Source of the DNA: Oscillospiraceae bacterium
GTDB lineage: Bacteria > Bacillota > Clostridia > Oscillospirales > JAAYXM01
Reading direction: 5' to 3'
Length of the DNA stretch: 64,000 bases
NCBI GenBank assembly: GCA_017421025.1
Contig: JAFQME010000024.1
Coordinates: 68,134-132,133 of the forward strand
This document shows, in pieces, positions 61,064-64,000 of this stretch (position 1 is its first letter; each line of letters starts with the position of its first letter). The notes beneath the pieces were generated by a model. It was not told where the DNA came from. It made no database searches and worked only from the letters and a program-made list of their open reading frames with translations. A program made the translations under genes and the position numbers.

Positions 61064-62380
61064 TTACTTGAGAGATTGAATGAGGGAAAGGGACGCTTCT
61101 ATGAGTTGTTCTGCAGTCCCCGGAACATAACGTGCGGTCAGTGCCTCGTAGCCGCCTTCGTCGAATGCGTTTTGGGTCGGGTAATACCCCTCGTATCCGT
61201 TGGTGCAGCAGGTGGGCAGGGTAAGGGCAAAGTCGGAGTTGCGCTTCACGCTCTGTCCCACCGCACAAAACGGCTCGCCCGGGAATCCTGCAAAAACCAT
61301 GTCTCCAACCGCAATTGCGGAAAGGAGGAGCTCTTTTTCGTCGGGCAGAGAGGAAAGGCGCACAATGCGCTCTGCCTTTGCGGTGACTTCGATTTTCTGC
61401 ATCCCCTCATACTCGGGCGTTGCGGCATCCAGCCCCTCTTCGTGATAAATCTGACTGATTCTTTTTGCCCATTCCAATTCCTCGGGTGTGCCCTTATTGT
61501 GACGCACGAAAATCGACTTCTGACCAAAACGGATCGCTTCACCTTGGATGGGGCGAGCAAGCTCGTAATTGGAAACCACCGAGAGTGCAATCTTCTTGCC
61601 CATGTACTTGGCACGCTCATAGCCGTGTGTCAAATCACAGCCGAGTTTGAGGCTTGTATCAATATGGTTTAAGTCCCCCTGCGCTCCGTTTAAGAACATA
61701 CAGAGAGAATTCGGAACAATCGTTTCATAAGTATCACGGACAAACTTCGGGAAGTCCGCAGTTAAGGTGCATCCGCCGATGACATCGGGGTGTACCCCAA
61801 AATTCACAATGCCGATTTCACGCTTGCCCTCACGCTTTACAATGAGAAGCGAGCTCTCCTCGTCGGGCGTGCCGAGAGGATGGTCAATGTTTGGATTCTG
61901 AAAGCCCGGATTGGTTTGCACCGAGCCGTCTTTCATGCGAAAACGGCGGATGAAGGCGACATCCTCGGCCCTTCCACGGGTGCAAAGCAAGGTGGCGGGC
62001 GCCAAGTCTGCAACCGCCAAAACCGCAAGGTCGGAAAGGCGGGACGGAAGAAGCGCTACATAGTCGGGGTTTTCCACGTCCCCTTTCGCATTCACGGTGC
62101 AGGGGCCGACGTGTGTATGCGTGCAAGCGAGATAGACCGCTTCCGGGACAGTCTTTGCCGCCCCGGCGATTTTCAGCCGTAACTGCGCCATGAAACTCTG
62201 CGGAATGCCGATGAGGTCCAAACTCATCACAAGAGCACGGTGTGTCCCGTCGTCAAATACCACTGCGGTGGCAAGGATCGGGTCTAATACCCCATCCGCC
62301 AAACGCTCTTCGAAATATCCGGAAATTTTTGACCCCAGCGGTGGGGTAATGTCCATCCGTGCAAAACCGACTTGCAACAT
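61064..62380 (-). CDS. Neutral/alkaline-ceramidase-N-terminal-like hydrolase (paralog B)
   Basis: MLQVGFARMDITPPLGSKISGYF...CTHTHVGP. ATG 62380 follows AAGGAG and gives 438 aa, the same length as paralog A. Confidence 0.55.
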   Translation of the reverse strand: MLQVGFARMDITPPLGSKISGYFEERLADGVLDPILATAVVFDDGTHRALVMSLDLIGIPQSFMAQLRLKIAGAAKTVPEAVYLACTHTHVGPCTVNAKGDVENPDYVALLPSRLSDLAVLAVADLAPATLLCTRGRAEDVAFIRRFRMKDGSVQTNPGFQNPNIDHPLGTPDEESSLLIVKREGKREIGIVNFGVHPDVIGGCTLTADFPKFVRDTYETIVPNSLCMFLNGAQGDLNHIDTSLKLGCDLTHGYERAKYMGKKIALSVVSNYELARPIQGEAIRFGQKSIFVRHNKGTPEELEWAKRISQIYHEEGLDAATPEYEGMQKIEVTAKAERIVRLSSLPDEKELLLSAIAVGDMVFAGFPGEPFCAVGQSVKRNSDFALTLPTCCTNGYEGYYPTQNAFDEGGYEALTARYVPGTAEQLIEASLSLIQSLK

Positions 62381-62392
62381 GAACTTCACTCC

Positions 62393-63379
62393 TTAGAGCA
62401 ATTCTTTCCTGAGCGCTGCGCCGTCTTTCATCGAGAGGAGAGCGGGCGGAAGATCGAAAATCGTCCGTGCACCCACTTCGCCTCGTTTTCCCAAACGGTA
62501 TACCGCACGTGCGCAAGCCACCAAAACCGATGCGGTAAACTCAGGATTCGACCCGAGTTTTAACGAGTATTCGATCATCTGACGGGTGCCGTCTCCGGTC
62601 ACACCGGATCTCAGGACAAACCCACCGTGCGGGATGCCTGCATGGTCACGCAAAAGCTCCTCTTTGGTGATGAAATTCACTGTGGTATCATAGTCCGCAA
62701 AATATGCGGGCATGGTCTTGATTTCCTGCTCGATGCGGGCAAGATCCGCCCCTTCTTTTGCAACCACGAAGCATTCTCTGGTGTGCTTCTCACGGGTGGA
62801 GAGCACCGGGTCCTCGCCGGCACGGACACGGGCAAGCGCATCCTCTACCGGGACCGTGTACTGCTTTGCATCCAGGACTCCTTCAATGCGGCGAATCGCA
62901 TCCGAATGTCCTTGACTGACCCCTTTTCCCCAGAACGTATAGTCCTTACCCTGCGGCAAAATGCAGTTGCCGAGTAAGCGCTGGAGGGAGAACATCCCCG
63001 GGTCCCAGCCGCCCGAGATGAATGCGATTTTGCCGCCGCTCTTTGCCGCTGCATCGCACGCATCAAAATGCTCGGGAATCTTGCTGTGGTTATCAAAACT
63101 GTCTACAATATGGAAATTCTTCGCATATTCCGGACTCTGCTTGGGCAGGTCGGTTGCACTGCCGCCACACAGGATGAGAACATCAATCTCATCTTTCATC
63201 GCAAGCAGCGCATCCACCCCATAAACCGGGATGCTCGGAGACAGGGTGTTCACCGAACTCGGATCACGTCGGGTGAAAAAAGCTACCTGCTCCATATCCG
63301 GATTCTGACGCAAGGCAAGCTCCACCCCACGTCCCAGATTTCCATAGCCTAAAATGCCGATTCTGATTTTCTCGTTCAT
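62393..63379 (-). CDS. ddh: meso-Diaminopimelate D-dehydrogenase
   Basis: IRIGILGYGNLGRGVE N-terminal Rossmann motif. 328 aa. The overall pattern is typical of Ddh. Confidence 0.8.
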   Translation of the reverse strand: MNEKIRIGILGYGNLGRGVELALRQNPDMEQVAFFTRRDPSSVNTLSPSIPVYGVDALLAMKDEIDVLILCGGSATDLPKQSPEYAKNFHIVDSFDNHSKIPEHFDACDAAAKSGGKIAFISGGWDPGMFSLQRLLGNCILPQGKDYTFWGKGVSQGHSDAIRRIEGVLDAKQYTVPVEDALARVRAGEDPVLSTREKHTRECFVVAKEGADLARIEQEIKTMPAYFADYDTTVNFITKEELLRDHAGIPHGGFVLRSGVTGDGTRQMIEYSLKLGSNPEFTASVLVACARAVYRLGKRGEVGARTIFDLPPALLSMKDGAALRKELL

Positions 63380-63493
63380 GAGAATTCCTCCAAACTTTCA
63401 ACTACTGATAGTGTATCACAATCACCCGTGATTCACAACAAGATTCTTGCAATTTCTTGCAATTTTTGCTATCATGGTCGGGAGGTGAAAATT

Positions 63494-64000
63494 ATGTTTA
63501 AATTCGGTGTTTCCAAACGTGAGATTACTCCCGAGACATCCCTTGTGATTCCCGGGTATTTTGAAAAGCGCTTTGTGACAGGGGCGCTCGATCCGCTTTA
63601 TGTGAAGGCGGTGGTGTTCGAGGGGGAAACCACTGCGGTTTCGGTTGTGGCAGACACCATCAACCTGCGCCGGGACGATGTTCTCCGCATCCGCTGCGGC
63701 ATCTCGGAAAAACTTGGCATCCCGGAAGGGCATATTTCGGTTTCCGCCACCCATACCCACACGGGCGGCCCCTCTTGGGAGTGGTTTGAAGCAGGCGAGC
63801 ACGACCCGTATTATATGACGATTCTCATTGACTCCGCAATCGCGGCGGCAGAGGAAGCCTATGAGACCCGTGTCCCTGCAAAAATTGGCTTTGCCGCCGC
63901 ACAGGTGGAGGGGTACTCTTTCATTCGCCGTTTCCGCATGAAAAACGGGACTTTCCGTACCAACCCGGGTTTCAATAACCCCGAAATCGACCATCCTCTC
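63494..64000 (+). CDS. Ceramidase-N-terminal-like hydrolase (paralog C, 5' partial, runs off the window)
   Basis: GGAGGTG RBS. MFKFGVSKREITPETSLVIPGYF...LDPLYVKAVVF...SATHTHTGGP. The frame is open to nt 64000. Confidence 0.6.
   Translation, partial: MFKFGVSKREITPETSLVIPGYFEKRFVTGALDPLYVKAVVFEGETTAVSVVADTINLRRDDVLRIRCGISEKLGIPEGHISVSATHTHTGGPSWEWFEAGEHDPYYMTILIDSAIAAAEEAYETRVPAKIGFAAAQVEGYSFIRRFRMKNGTFRTNPGFNNPEIDHPL

Overview
This 64-kb window reads like a Clostridia-type Firmicute chromosome. The taxon is an inference from GGAGG-type RBSs, an SLH-domain wall protein, a PBSX/xkd-type phage-like element and a Ddh-type lysine branch. It has three blocks. (1) nt 1-11364 is an AT-rich, co-directional operon of at least four cistrons, the first cut by the window edge. 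It encodes a 1173-aa protein with a tubulin/FtsZ-type GTPase head (exact tubulin signature SGGTGAG) and a 729-aa protein with a C-terminal TM hairpin. The third product is a 1749-aa polytopic membrane protein that combines a helicase-like but Walker-less body, a Cys4 ribbon and a C-terminal transglutaminase-type Cys-His-Asp core. I cannot assign this operon to any characterised system and rate it the most interesting candidate. (2) nt 11643-36929 is a PBSX-like (xkd-syntenic) contractile-tail element with no visible integrase or repressor. Its late operon is interrupted by self-contained cargo cassettes at three places. Between terS and terL lie a frameshifted barstar, a PG-binding/glycine-zipper membrane protein with a perfect 87-bp tandem duplication, three paralogous GTG-initiated genes joined by a conserved 24-nt junction, and a lipoprotein+YitT unit. 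Between terL and portal lie two small envelope proteins and an antisense CASTOR/POLLUX-like RCK membrane protein. After the lysis genes lies a decaying barnase/barstar tandem duplication. The tape-measure slot holds only a 236-aa protein built largely from ten 39-nt repeats. (3) nt 36930-64000 holds core genes: SLH/CAP wall protein, CapD-like enzyme, DAG-kinase-like, cca, MATE, YbaK-like, FTR-like+trxA, pyk, feoAB, MFS, LMW-PTP, pheST, acyltransferase, hydrolase, three ceramidase-like paralogs and ddh. I recognised no rRNA, tRNA, CRISPR array, transposase or integrase. All calls were made by eye from the ORF track and raw sequence, with no database or structure search, so family names are recollection-based and need confirmation.
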